From an uncultured Chloroflexia bacterium (GTDB lineage Bacteria; Chloroflexota; Anaerolineae; JAAYZQ01): DNA of 64,000 bases. The stretch lies in contig CAVOXA010000010.1 in NCBI GenBank assembly GCA_963700285.1, positions 576,001-640,000 of the forward strand, written 5' to 3'. The notes beneath the pieces are model-generated. The model did no database searches. It saw only the letters and a list, made by a program, of their open reading frames with translations, and had not been told where the DNA came from. Shown one piece after another: positions 51,215 to 62,842 of this stretch. A program made the translations under genes and the position numbers. How positions within the stretch are numbered: position 1 is the stretch's first letter; the number at the start of each line of letters is the position of its first letter.

Positions 51215-54200
51215 TTACTTCTTGGCTTTCACCTGGATATTGCCGCCCTCGATATCCAAGGGGGCAAGCAGGCTCCCCTTGCCATCATAGGTATTGCCCA
51301 ACTCGTAGTAGGTCCCAGTGACGTTCCAGACCCGGATCGCATACTGGTCTGGACTTGTAACCCGGGAGGAGCCGGGCTCCCCATTATCGGTGACGTCTAC
51401 CTGGAACTGGTAGTTGCCGCCGATGCTGTATAGCACGCCGGTCAGCCGGTCCACGGCCTGCACGGTGTTTTTGCCGGTGATGGTGGCCTTGCAGCCGCTC
51501 GTGGTCTTGTTCTCGCAGTCGTAGATGTTCAGGCCCTGCATGGCGTTGCTCTTGATGATCCAGTCATAGGCCCGCTCTCCCGCCGGCGCGTCCGGCAGGA
51601 TCGTGCTCAGGTCTGTGGTGACGCGGTAGACGAACAGGCTGTTGCCCTGGACCCGGCCCTTTTTCAGGAACTTGGCTGAAAGGCCAAAGTTGACGCGGCC
51701 GCTCGTGATCGGGTCGATCAACCAGCCCCCGCCGGCGGCCATCCCCGTGCCCGGGTCGTTCACCAGGACGATCACGGTCTCAAATTGGGCCGCATAGTAG
51801 GGATTGGCTACCAGGCTGACCTTCACCTGGTAGGGATCTGACGCGGGGAGGTCCACGGTGCAACTGCCATACCCCTTCCCGTTGGCGACGTTGCCTATTC
51901 CCGCCGTGCACCCGTCCAGGGGGGTGGCGTAAGTCGTGTCGCCGAAGCCAAAGACCTGGAACAGGACCTGCTGCCCAGCGAGCTGGTCGCCCAGCGAGCC
52001 GTCCTGGCGCTCCTCCAGCGTAGCAGCCAACGTCACCGTTGCCCTGGCTCGCTCCCTTGCGGTCGTGACCTGCGTGTCGCCGGTGTAGACTATCTCCGCG
52101 CCCTCCTTGATGAGCTGGAACAGGTCTGAGTCACTGCTGCCCAGGTAGAGAGCGTCCCCGACAAAGCTGGACGCCACAGCCAGCGCGCCGACTGGCTGGT
52201 CCAGCAGGATGCTGCCCTTGGCCAGGCCGTTGGCGTCGGTGGTCGCGGAGGTGGACTGCGTGCCGAGGGTGAAGCCGATGGTCTTGCTTGCGAGCGGTGC
52301 GCCCTGCAGGCTGCCGCCGCCGTGGTCGGTCAGTGTGGCCTGGACGGCGGTCGAATCGGAGTACTGCGTTGACGTACTGCCGCTGTAGACCAGGGCCGTG
52401 GGCCGCTTCTGCACCGTGATCGTGACGGCCTCCTGATCGCAGAGCGGGTCCGCGACGCCCCGCGTCGCGCCGTTGTCGCAGACCTTCACCGTGAGGTTGT
52501 GATCCCCGATCTGGCTTGAGGTAGGCGTCCAGGAGAAGGCGCCGCCCGTCGTAATACTGGCGCCGGTTGGGGCGCCCACCAGGCTGAAGGTCAGCGCGTT
52601 GGCCGGGCGGTCGGGGTCGCTCGCCGTGGCGGTGAACGCCAGCTCGTTGCCCCAGGTCGCCGTTTGGTCGCCGAGTGGGTCGAGGGCGGGTGGGCTGTTG
52701 ACCTCGTAGACGGTTACGACAATGGCCTCGCTGTCGCACAGCGGAGACGAGCCGTTGTCGCAGACCTTCACGGTGAAGGGGTAGGTGCCGGGCCCCTGGT
52801 CCTCCGCCGGTGTCCAGGAGAAGGCGCCGCCCGCCGTGATGCTGGCGCCGGCCGGGGCGCCCACCAGGCTGAAGGTCAGCGTGTTGGCCGGCAGGTCGGG
52901 GTCGGTGGCCGCCGCTGTGAAGGTCAACGCCGTCATCTCATCCACCGACCTGGAGCTGATGTCGCCGAGCACCGGCGCCCGGTTGACCTCGCGGACGGTG
53001 ACGGTGAGCCCTTCCTCGCCGCAGAGGGCTGGCGACCCGTTGTCACAGATCCTGACCTTGAAGCTGTAGTCGCCGGGCCCCTGGGCTTCGGTCGGCGTCC
53101 AGGAGAACTCGCCGTTGTCCGTGATGGTGGCGCCTGCCGGGGCGGCCACCAGGCTGAAGGCGCTCAGGGTGTTGGCCGCACCTGTCCCGCTGTCCGGGTC
53201 GCTCGCCGCCGCGGTAAAGGTCAGCGCGGTCATTTCATCCACGGACCTGTCGCTGATGGGGACAATGACCGGCGCCCGGTTGACCTCGGCCACGGCCACG
53301 GTGATCGCCTCCTCGTCGCACAGCGCAGGCGTCCCGCTGTCACAGACCTTGACGGTGAGGGGGTAGCCGCCGGCGCCCTGGGCTTCGGTCGGCGTCCAGG
53401 AAAAGGCCCCGCCCGCCGTGATGCTGGCCCCGGACGGGGCGCCCACCAGGCTGAAGGTCAGTGTGTTGGCCGCGCCCGTCCCGGTGTCCGGATCGGTCGC
53501 CATAGCGGTGAAGGCCAGCGCGGTCATCTCGTCCACGGTCTTGTCGCCGATGGCGTCGAGCACCGGCGCGCGGTTGACTTCGGTCACGGACACGGTGATC
53601 GTCTCCTCGTCACATAGGACAGGTGTGACATGGTCGCAGACCTTGACGGCGAAGGTATAGGTTCCGGCGCCCTGGGCTTCGGCCGGCGTCCAGGAGAAGC
53701 TGCCCCTCTCCGTGATGCTGGCGCCGGACGGGGCGCCCACCAGGCTGAAACTCAGTACGTTGTCGGGGTAGTCGGGATCGGTAGCTGTGGCCGTGAAGGT
53801 CAGCGCCGTCATCTCGGCCAACGACTTGTTGCCAATGGCGCCCAGCGCCGGGGCCTGGTTGACCTCGCGCACGGTCACGGTGATTTCTTCGCTGTTACAC
53901 CCGGTAGGATTCCCGTTGTCGCACACCCTGACCCTGAAGGTGTAGTCGCCGGGCCCCTGCTGCTCCGTCGGCGTCCAGGTGAAGGCGCCGCCCGCCGTGA
54001 TGCTCGCGCCGGCCGGGGCCTCCACCAGGCTAAAGGTAAGCGTGTTGGCGGCGCTGTCCGGATCGCTGGCCGTGGCCGTGAAGGTCAGCGCGGCCAGCTC
54101 GTTCACACCCTTGCCGCCGATGGCGCCCAGCACCGGGGCATCGTTGACGCAGGCCACCGCGATGCTCACCGTCGCCACATTGCTGTACAGCGCCCCATCA

Positions 54201-56210
54201 TACGCCTTGTAGGTGAACGAGTCGGAGCCGCAGTAGTTCGCCGCCGGGGTGTAGCTGAAGGAGCCATTGGCACTCAGCGTCACGCTCCCGTGCGCCGGGT
54301 TGGCGACCTTTGCCGCGGTCAGCGGGTTGCTCTCGGCATCGGTGTCGTTGGCCAACACGCCGGCGGCCGCGGCTACGCTCATCGGGGTGTCCTCCTTGCC
54401 GCTGCAGTCGTCGTTGTTGGCCACGGGGGCGGTGTTGCAGGCGTTGGCGATGGGGTTGCCGGTGAAGGCACCCTCGCCCCCGTAGGTTGCTCCGCAGTAG
54501 GCGTTGATCACGCCGCTGTTGTTGATCGTTCCCTCGTTGGCCAGCACGGCATAGTTTTCGATGACGCCCTGCGCGGTGTTGTCAATCGTGCCAGGGTAAG
54601 TGGAAGCCAACGGCATCTCAATATCCATGACCGCGAAGTGGGCCGTCGCCTGGCCAGCGGATCCGTTCACGATGGTGCCGGCGTTGGTCAAGGTGCCTCC
54701 CAGGACCCCGAAATCGTGGTCATTGTCCACCAGCCCGTTGTTGGTGAAGGCGCCGGCGCTGAACACCCCCTCATTGTGGACGGTCCCGTTGTTCACCAGT
54801 TCAGCTATATTGCTAAACGTGGCCCCAGATGCGACGTGGAGGGTCGTACCGGCGGGGATGGTAAGGTTGAGGGGAATTCCCGGCGGCTGCCCCGTGATCG
54901 TGCAGGTGCTGGACGCCGCTTCCCAGGCGCCGGGCAGCCACCCGCAGACGGTCTCATTCAGGAAGCAGGTCTTGTACTCGATGGGGGTGCCGCTGACGGT
55001 GCCGGTGCCCGTAACCATCGCTCCGCAGTAGCTGTAGATCGTGCCGCTGTTGGCTATCGTGCCGCTGTTGTCCAGATAGTAACGATGGTGGACCGTGCCG
55101 CTGTTGTTGAGCGTCCCCTGGTTGAGCAACCAGGCATAGTTGTGAAAGGCACCGCTCGCGGTGTTGTTGAAGGTGCCTGATTCGATTAGGAAGTGGGAGT
55201 CTGTCTGGCCAACGGCGCCATTGTTGATCGTGCCGGTGTTGGTGAAGGTGCCCCCCTCTGCTTGGACGGTTCCGTAGTTGGTCAGAACCCCGCTGTTGGT
55301 AAAGGTCCCGCCGTACCACGTCGGCCAGAGGGTGCCCTCTACGAGGATCGTCCCCAGGTTGACCAGGTCGACCTGATTTTGATTGCCCACCGTGGCGCCG
55401 GAAAGGATGTGGAGCGTGGCGCCGGCGGGGACGGTCAGGTCGAAGGGAACCAGATTGGTGCCACTGGCTACCGTGCAGGTACTGGACGCCGCGTCCCAGG
55501 TGCCGGATAACATGCTGCAGACGGTCGCATTCAGGTCGCAGGTCTCGTACTCGATGGCGTTGCCGGTGAACGTGCCGCCCTGCAGCATATAGGTCGCTCC
55601 GCAGTGGTTGCGGATCGTACCATCGTTGGTGATCGTCCCTTGGAGAGCCAGCATGGCATAGTTTTCAAAGACACCGGTCCCGGTGTTGTGAAGCGTGCCG
55701 CCGGCAGCGATCCCAATGCCCACATTTTCTGCGATCACGCCAGGGGCGCCGTTGTTGATCGTGCCCGAGTTGGTGAAGGTGCCCCCGTCCACACTGGTGA
55801 GCCCATGGTTGGTCAGAACCCCGCTGCTGCTGATGCTGAAGGTGCTGCTGAGGGTGCTGCTGGAGAACACGGCGAGGAAGGCGCCCTCAACGAGGATCGT
55901 CCCCTGGTTGACCAGGTCGGCCCCATTGATCACGCCTCCCGACGATGTGATGTGCAGCGTGGTACCGGCGGGGATGGTGAGGTCGGCTATAATCGGCACT
56001 GGCGAGGTTGGCGGAAAGGTATTCCTCCCCCTGCGTCACGGTACAGGTATTGGAGCCCTCGTTCCAAGTACCGGGTAGCGCTGCGCACGAGGTCGCATCA
56101 AGGGTCGTGGCTTGCGCCGAAACGGGTTCAGCCAGCGGTACGGCCGGGATTGCCAGCAACAGTCCTGCCAGTAGCAGACCAACCAACATGCATCGCCTTT
56201 GGTGCACCAT
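51215..56210 (-). CDS. Giant secreted protein of about 1665 aa: three beta-solenoid head modules, Big_9, six cadherin/He_PIG-like repeats, shared C-terminal domain; extra base in the C5 run at 56027-56031
   Basis: Signal peptide from ATG 56210 (AGGAG RBS); NTAPVANND; six VNxAP.L..I repeats; C-terminus GGGWLIDP...NFG...DNGEPG...GGNIQVKAKK. Confidence 0.85.
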
Positions 56211-56312
56211 GTTCTTCTCTCCTTCTGGTTGTGGGTAGCTGACGTGCTTCATGATTTCATCCGTCTCACGAGGGATCTTGAACGGTTACGGATTGCCTTT
56301 CCGTCTTTCTCC

Positions 56313-56705
56313 CTACTTCGAGCGGTCCAGACCCTGCCGCTTTCTCCGCGTCTCTCCTTCTCCCTGTTCCCGCATCTCCCTCTCTCCGGCGACGATCTGG
56401 CGGATCTGGCCGAGTGTGAGCGATTGGGCTGCCCGCCCCGAAAGCAGCACCGCCTGGTTGTGCTCTGTGTCCAGGCCGACCATCAGCGGGTGCGGGTCCT
56501 TGAGCAGCAGCGGTAGGATGTGGCATTCACTGGTGCCGGTCAGGTCAAAGATGAGCACATCCGGCGTATGCTCGAGCAGCCGCTGCCCGGCATCTGCCCA
56601 CGTCCTGGCCTGCTCTACCTGCACTCCTGGAACCTCGGCCAGGCCCGCGGCCACACCCGACAGCAACAACGACTGGCCGTACAACAAAACCGTTCGCGCG
56701 TTCAT
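56313..56705 (-). CDS. Atypical stand-alone receiver-like protein, copy B
   Basis: Receiver-like beta/alpha pattern with PDVLIFD but no N-terminal acidic pair. Confidence 0.78.
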   Translation of the reverse strand: MNARTVLLYGQSLLLSGVAAGLAEVPGVQVEQARTWADAGQRLLEHTPDVLIFDLTGTSECHILPLLLKDPHPLMVGLDTEHNQAVLLSGRAAQSLTLGQIRQIVAGEREMREQGEGETRRKRQGLDRSK

Positions 56706-56900
56706 GCTTTCAGTATAGCAGTTGGCGAGGCGTTTGTAACCTACCTGCGGGAATAGAAAAGGGATAGTCTCGCCAGCCGGGAGACTATCCCTGGGGATAG
56801 GGTGGGATAGGGCCGACTATTCGTGGGGATAGGGGGAGAGGGAGTGACGGGGAGACACGGGGACAGGGAGACGAAAAGACGCGGAGAAGGTCTCCCTACG
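56706..56900 (-). promoter_or_regulatory. Cassette promoter, copy B: extended -10, leaderless start, three 7-2-7 boxes
   Basis: TGCTATACT-N6-ATG; boxes at 56741-56756, 56785-56800 (perfect CTATCCC-TG-GGGATAG) and 56817-56832. Confidence 0.75.
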
Positions 56901-56951
56901 TCCGCGCAACCCGTCTCACTCTCCCCGCGTTTCTATCTGGGCGTCATCCCA

Positions 56952-57495
56952 TCACGGCGCCAAACCGCTGCGGCGGGCGTAGGCGACCACTTGCTCGCGG
57001 TTCTTCAGGTGCAGGCGTTGCAGGACCTCGCCCATGTGGTATCTGACGGTGTGCTCGCTCAAGTTGAGCGCAGCGCCGACCTCCTTGTAGCTCAGTATAT
57101 CGGCCACGAGGACAAGGATCTCGCGCTGGCGAGGGGTGAGCACGGGGGCCGGTAGTCCGCCGCGAAGGTCGGCGGCCGCCTGCTCGTCGAGCGCGGCAGC
57201 CTGCTGGGCAAACTCGCGCAGCAGGCGGGCGGAGAGCTCGCGGGATAGCTGCGCATCTCCCCGGGAAAGCCCGGCCAGGTAGTCGAACAGGTCGTTGGGC
57301 TCCAGGTTCTTCAGGAGATAGCCGGTGGCCCCGCTCTTGATGGCTTCAAACCGGTCGGCATCTTCCGCCGAAGTGGTGGGCATGACGATCTTGCACTCGG
57401 GCATCTCGGCCTGGATCAGTCGCGTGGCGGCCAGCCCGTCGCAATTCGGCATGCGGACGTCCATCAGGATCACATCCGGGTGCAGGGCGCGGGCC
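56952..57495 (-). pseudogene. NarL/LuxR response regulator, copy B, 5'-truncated and fused to unrelated sequence
   Basis: Nearly identical to the 63069 gene from ARALHPDVILMD onward; the first ~40 codons are replaced. Confidence 0.82.
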
Positions 57496-58140
57496 ACGGT
57501 GCCCAGCAGCAGGTGGGCCGGTCGCAGGGCGAAACTCATGCCGCTGACCGGACCCGGCAGGGACAGCCCATAGCCCCACGGCGAGACCAGGCACTGAAAG
57601 GGATAGACAAAGTGGCTGTCATAATGCAGGTAGCCCTCCAGCAGGCGGGACACCTGGATCCAGTCCCGCTCCAACAGGGCCGGCGTCACCGTTGATAAAT
57701 GCCGATGCAGTTTGGCACTCGTCGGACCATCGGCACCGGCTCAGCACGAGTTCGAGGGAACTCTGGTCATCGGGCCGGGGATGATCCAGGTCGAGACTCT
57801 GCCGGACTCTGGCGGTGAACGCAGCCAGGACCCAGTGGAATTCTCTGTCGACGTTTTCACCTTCGAGGACTTTCTGGTGCGGGTGGAGCCCGGCACCCCG
57901 AATGAGGATCAGCCACCTGGAAGCTGGGATTTCGTCTTTTCTCCCGGTAGCGTGTGGTCAGAGCCCGCCGACGGCGGACCAGAGAGTATCTCTCATGGGA
58001 GGAGAGGCGCAGCGAACCTGGAGCCGTTCGCCTCGCGGGGCAGGGCCAGCGCTACCGCCAGGCCTGGCTCCCGCAGTTCCCTCTGGGCGGGCCTGAAGGA
58101 ACCGAAGGCGCTACTGTCGTGCACTCACACGGTACGCACA

Positions 58141-58173
58141 GAAACCCGGCCCCCTTTCGCAGCGCCGGGTTTC
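58141..58173 (-). terminator. Possible terminator hairpin after the 58201 gene
   Basis: GAAACCCGGC...GCCGGGTTTC. Confidence 0.45.
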
Positions 58174-58200
58174 CTTCCATCTGGCGGCATCACCGCGCTG

Positions 58201-61200
58201 TTACTTCTTGGCTTTCACCTGGATGTTACCGGCCCCAATGTCCACGGGGCTGAGCAGCATCCCATGGTCATCGTAGCTATTGCCCAGCTCGTAGTAGGTA
58301 CCGCTGTTGTCCCAGATGCGGATGGCATACTGGTCCGGACCCGTCCCAGACGAGCCGGGCTCCTGGTTGTCAGTGACGTCCACCTGGAACTGGTAGTTGC
58401 CGCCGATGCTGTACAGCACACCGGTCAGGCGGTCGACGGCCTGGACCGTGGTCTTGCCGGTGATCGTAGCCTTGCAGCCGCTGGTGGTGGTTTTGTCGCA
58501 GTCGTAGATGTTTAGGCCTTGCATGGCGTTGCTCTTGATGATCCAGTCATACGCCCGCTCGCCGGCCGGCGCGTCCGGCACGATCGTGCTCAGGTCGGTG
58601 GTGACGCGGTAGACGAACAGGCTGTTGCCCTGGACCTTGCCTTTCTTCAGGAACTTGGCCGTGAAGCCAAAGTTGGCACGGGAGCCGCTATTGGGGTCGA
58701 TCAGCCAGCCGCCGCCGGCAGTCATCCCTGTCCCCGGGTCGTTGACCAGGACGATCATGGTCTCAAATTGGGCCGCATGGTAGGGATTGGTTACCAGGCT
58801 GATCTTCACCTGGTAGGGATCCGACGCAGGCAGGTCCACCGTGCAACTACCATACCCTTTGCCGCTAGCGATGTTGGTTATCTCTGCAGTGCACCCGGCC
58901 AGGGGCGTGGTGTAGGTCGTGTCGCCGAAGCCAAAGGCCTGGAACAGGACCTGCTGCCCGGCGAGCTGGTCGCCCAGCCAGCCGTCCTGCTCCTCCTCCA
59001 GGGTAGCGGCCAACGTCACCGTTGCCCTGGCTCCCTCCTTTGCCGTCGTGACCTGCGTGTCGCCGGTGTAGGTGATCTCGGCGCCTTCTTTGCTTACCGT
59101 GAACGTGCCCGCGACGTAGGTGATCTCATAGTTGGGGGCGACGCCGCCGGAACAGGTGATGGGGTAGGCACCGGCCGGGCTGAGGCGCTCACGGGTTGTC
59201 TGGCACGACGGCGCGGCGGTCAGGTACGGATTCGTCGGCCCCTCGCCCTCGATCCAACCACTGTACTGGAAGGCAAACGCGGGCGGGTTGGGTTCGGTGT
59301 AGTCCAGTTCCCAGTCGTCTGGCGTCACGGTCAGCGGTGCAGGCTCGATGGTCAGGGTACCGTTGGCCTTGGTCACGTTGTAGTTGGGGGTGGAGCCCAC
59401 GGCCACCACGATCGGATAGCTGCCCACGCCCGAATACTTGCCTGCCGTCGTGGACAAGTTGAAGCCGATGGCATCGCAACCCGACGCTTCGCCGATCACC
59501 GTCGCCGTCAGCTCCGGGTTGTCCTGGCCGTAGGTCTTGGTCTTGGCGTCCGCCGTGACCGAGGCAGCTTTCGTGTCGACCGTCAGCGTGGCGTTGGTCG
59601 TGGACACGTTGTAGTTGGGGTTGGCGCCCAACTCCACCACGATGGGATAGTCACTGGCGTTCGAGCACTTGACGGCTGTCGTGGACAGCGAGTAGTTGAC
59701 GCCCACTGAGCACACTGCGCCGGCCGCCGTTGCCGTCAGCACCGGGTTGTCGTCGCCGTAGGCCTTGCTCTTGTTCGCTGCGGTGACCGAGGCCGCCTTC
59801 TTGTTGACCGTCAGCGTGGCGTCGGTCGTGGACACGTTGTAGTTGGGGTTGGCGCCCAACTCCACCACGATGGGGTAGTCACCGGCGTTCGAGCACTTGA
59901 CGGCTGTCGTGGACAGCGAGTAGTCGATGCCCACAGAGCACACTGCGCCGGTAGCTGTGGCCGTCAGCGCCGGGTTGTCGTCGCCGTAGGTCTTGCTCTT
60001 GTTCGCCGCCGTGACCGAGGCCGCTTTCTTGTTGATCGCCAGCGTGCCGTTGGTCGTGGTCACGTTGTAGTTGGGGTTAGCGCCCAGTGTCACCGCAATC
60101 GGGTAGTCGCCAACGTCTGAGCATTCGACTGAAGTCGTGGACAGCGAGTAGTCGATGCCCACAGAGCACACTGCGCCGGTAGCTGTGGCCGTCAGCGCCG
60201 GGTTGTCGTCGCCGTAGGTCTTGCTCTTGTTCGCCGCCGTGACCGAGGCCGCTTTCTTGTTGATCGCCAGCGTGCCGTTGGTCGCGGTCACGTTGTAGTT
60301 GGGACTCGAGCCCAGCGTCACCAAGATCGGGTAGTCACCGACAGCCGAGCACTTGGTCGCCTCTGTCGACAGCGAGTAGCTGATGCTTGTAGAACACACC
60401 GCGCCAGCCGCCGTCGCCGTCAGCACCGGGTTGTCGTCGCCGTAGGCCTTGCTCTTGTTCGCCGCGGTGACCGAGGCCGCCTTCTTGTTGATCGCCAGCG
60501 TGGCGTCGGTCGTGGACACATTGTAGTTTGGGTTAGCGCCCAGTGTCACCGCAATCGGGTAGTCGCCAACGTCTGAGCATTTGACTGCCGTCGTGGACAG
60601 CGAGTAGTCGATGCCCACAGAGCACACTGCGCCGGTTGCCGTGGCCGTCAGCACCGGGTTGTCGTCGCCGTAGGCCTTGCTCTTGTTCGCCGCGGTGACC
60701 GAGGCCGCCTTCTTGTTGATAGTCAGGGTGCCGTTCGTCGTGGACACGTTGTAGTTGGGATTCGAGCCCAGCGTCACCACGATGGGGTACGAGCCGGCGT
60801 TCGAGCACTGGTTCGCTGCTGTCGACAGCGAGTAGTTGATGATGTCTCCACCCGCCGCCTGGCCGACCACCGTGGCCTTCAGGGCCGGGTTGTCCTGACC
60901 GAAGGTCTTGTAGGTGTCCACCGCCGTGACGGAGGCAGCTCTCTTATTGATGGTCAGTGTGCCGCTGGCGCTGCCCTGGTAGTTGGCCTCGTTGATCGTG
61001 GCCACCACAGCGTAGCTGCCAGCGTTGACCGGCGGCGCTGCCGAGCCGTTGTAGGTCACTTCTACTTTCAGGCCGGCCGGGTCGGTGGTAACCGTGACCG
61101 CTTTGGGCTGGCCGTCATAGGTCTGCGTGAGGTTGCCGAGTGTCACCGTGGCTGGCTGCAGACAGGCATTGACGATGGGGTTGCCGGTGAAGGTACCGCC

Positions 61201-62412
61201 CCCTGTGTAGCTGGCGCCGCAGTAGGCGTTGATCACACCGCTGTTGTCGACGGTGCCTGTATTGTTCAGCACCGCAGAGTTCTCGATGACACCGCCCGCG
61301 GTGTTGTGCAGCAGGCAGCTCGAACCGATCCCGAAGTAGTTTCGGTTGGTGATGGTACCGCTGTTGGTGAAGGTGCTGCCCTCATACAACTGGATCTGAT
61401 CATTGTTGATCACAACCCCGCTGTTGATGAAGGTCCCGGAACTCGAATCTGAGTAGAGGCTACTGTCATTGATGAGGGTCCCCGCGTTGATCAGCGTGCC
61501 CCAATTATCCATGGACGTGTTACTTCCGATGTGGAGCGTGGTGCCCACGGGGATCGTGAGCGTACTGTCTCTGCGGATCATAGCCCAGTCGACCAATATC
61601 GTGCACGTGCTCGACGCCGCGTCCCAGGCGCCGTTCAAGACCGTCCCACACGTGGCTCCATTCAGCTCATCGGGGGCGCACGCCACCACCTCAATGGCGT
61701 TGCCGGTGAAGGTACCGGTGCCCACATAGCTGGCGCCGCAGTGGGCGTTGATCACACCGCTGTTGTTGACAATCCCGCCGTTGTTCAGCACGGCGTAGTT
61801 CTCGACGACGCCGTCCGCGGTGTTGTTCAGCGTGCCGTTGGTAACGAACTGGAGCTCGCTCAGGTTACTGATCGTCCCCTCGTTCTTGATCGTTCCTGTG
61901 GTGTACAGCAAGGCATAGTTCTCGATGACGCCGCCCGCGGTGTTGTGCAGCAGGCAGCTCGAACCGATCCCGAAGTAGTTTCGGTTGGTGATTGTACCGC
62001 TGTTGGTGAAGGTGCTGCCCTCATACAACTGGATCTGATCATTGTTGATCACAACCCCGCTGTTGATGAAGGTCCCGGAGCTTGAATCTGAGTAGAGGCT
62101 ACTGTCATTGATGATGGTCCCCGCGTTGATCAGCGTGCCCCAATTATCCATGGACGTGTTACTTCCGATGTGGAGCGTGGTGCCCACGGGGATCGTGAGC
62201 GTCCTGTCCCTGCCGATCATGGCCCAGTCGACCGATATCGTACACGTGCTCGACGCCGCGTCCCAGGTGCCGTTCAAGACCGTCCCACACGTACTCGCAT
62301 CCAGGAGGTACTCGTCCGCCGATACCGGCGCAGCCAACGGGCCACCCAGGAGGGCCAACGCCAGTCCCAAGAACAACAGACCAACCCATATGCAGTGTCG
62401 TTGGTGCCTCAT
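58201..62412 (-). CDS. 1403-aa secreted protein: two beta-solenoid head modules, about nine MBG-type repeats, shared C-terminal domain
   Basis: Signal peptide; 76-aa repeats INKKAASVTAANKSKxYGDDNP...NPNYNV; C-terminus GNIQVKAKK. Confidence 0.9.
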   Translation of the reverse strand: MRHQRHCIWVGLLFLGLALALLGGPLAAPVSADEYLLDASTCGTVLNGTWDAASSTCTISVDWAMIGRDRTLTIPVGTTLHIGSNTSMDNWGTLINAGTIINDSSLYSDSSSGTFINSGVVINNDQIQLYEGSTFTNSGTITNRNYFGIGSSCLLHNTAGGVIENYALLYTTGTIKNEGTISNLSELQFVTNGTLNNTADGVVENYAVLNNGGIVNNSGVINAHCGASYVGTGTFTGNAIEVVACAPDELNGATCGTVLNGAWDAASSTCTILVDWAMIRRDSTLTIPVGTTLHIGSNTSMDNWGTLINAGTLINDSSLYSDSSSGTFINSGVVINNDQIQLYEGSTFTNSGTITNRNYFGIGSSCLLHNTAGGVIENSAVLNNTGTVDNSGVINAYCGASYTGGGTFTGNPIVNACLQPATVTLGNLTQTYDGQPKAVTVTTDPAGLKVEVTYNGSAAPPVNAGSYAVVATINEANYQGSASGTLTINKRAASVTAVDTYKTFGQDNPALKATVVGQAAGGDIINYSLSTAANQCSNAGSYPIVVTLGSNPNYNVSTTNGTLTINKKAASVTAANKSKAYGDDNPVLTATATGAVCSVGIDYSLSTTAVKCSDVGDYPIAVTLGANPNYNVSTTDATLAINKKAASVTAANKSKAYGDDNPVLTATAAGAVCSTSISYSLSTEATKCSAVGDYPILVTLGSSPNYNVTATNGTLAINKKAASVTAANKSKTYGDDNPALTATATGAVCSVGIDYSLSTTSVECSDVGDYPIAVTLGANPNYNVTTTNGTLAINKKAASVTAANKSKTYGDDNPALTATATGAVCSVGIDYSLSTTAVKCSNAGDYPIVVELGANPNYNVSTTDATLTVNKKAASVTAANKSKAYGDDNPVLTATAAGAVCSVGVNYSLSTTAVKCSNASDYPIVVELGANPNYNVSTTNATLTVDTKAASVTADAKTKTYGQDNPELTATVIGEASGCDAIGFNLSTTAGKYSGVGSYPIVVAVGSTPNYNVTKANGTLTIEPAPLTVTPDDWELDYTEPNPPAFAFQYSGWIEGEGPTNPYLTAAPSCQTTRERLSPAGAYPITCSGGVAPNYEITYVAGTFTVSKEGAEITYTGDTQVTTAKEGARATVTLAATLEEEQDGWLGDQLAGQQVLFQAFGFGDTTYTTPLAGCTAEITNIASGKGYGSCTVDLPASDPYQVKISLVTNPYHAAQFETMIVLVNDPGTGMTAGGGWLIDPNSGSRANFGFTAKFLKKGKVQGNSLFVYRVTTDLSTIVPDAPAGERAYDWIIKSNAMQGLNIYDCDKTTTSGCKATITGKTTVQAVDRLTGVLYSIGGNYQFQVDVTDNQEPGSSGTGPDQYAIRIWDNSGTYYELGNSYDDHGMLLSPVDIGAGNIQVKAKK

Positions 62413-62455
62413 CTTCTTCTCCCCTTTCCTGGCAGGAAGCGCGGCCTTCTTTTCC

Positions 62456-62842
62456 CTACTTTGCGCGGCGCAATGCCTGCCGCCTTCTGCCCATCGTTCC
62501 TTTTCCCCGTGGCTCCCTCTGTCCGGTAGCGACCTGCCGCATCTGTTTGAGTGCCAGCGACTGAGCCTCCCGCCCCGAAAGCACCACCGCCTGGTTCTGC
62601 CCGCTGTCCAGGCCGATCATTGTCGGGTGCGGGTTTTCCAGCAGCAAGGGCAGGACGTGGCTTTCGCAGCTGCCCTTCAGATCGAAGATCAGAACATCAG
62701 GCATGTGCTCGGCCAGCATCCGGCCGGCATCAGCCTAAGTCCTGGCCCGTGCCACCTGCAGACCCGGCACCTCGGCCCGTGCTGCGGCCACACCCGACAG
62801 CAATCGCGATTGCCCGTACAACAAGACCCTTCGCGCGTTCAT
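62456..62842 (-). pseudogene. Atypical receiver-like protein, copy C, with an in-frame TAG
   Basis: ATG at 62842. The Trp codon of copies A and B (ARTW) is TAG at 62735-62737. Confidence 0.8.

Noticed and set aside
56027-56031. Phase variation at the G5 tract in the adhesin 5' end
   Set aside because: The tract is short for slipped-strand switching, and similar one-base insertions occur throughout the window.
57496-58000. ORFs 56952-57689 and 57712-58515 as complete genes
   Set aside because: They are chimeras of unidentified gene fragments with the regulator remnant or with antisense adhesin sequence; no product can be supported.
62735-62737. In-frame TAG as pyrrolysine or programmed readthrough
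   Set aside because: Both paralogs have Trp (TGG) here and no pyl genes are seen, so a point nonsense change or error is simpler.
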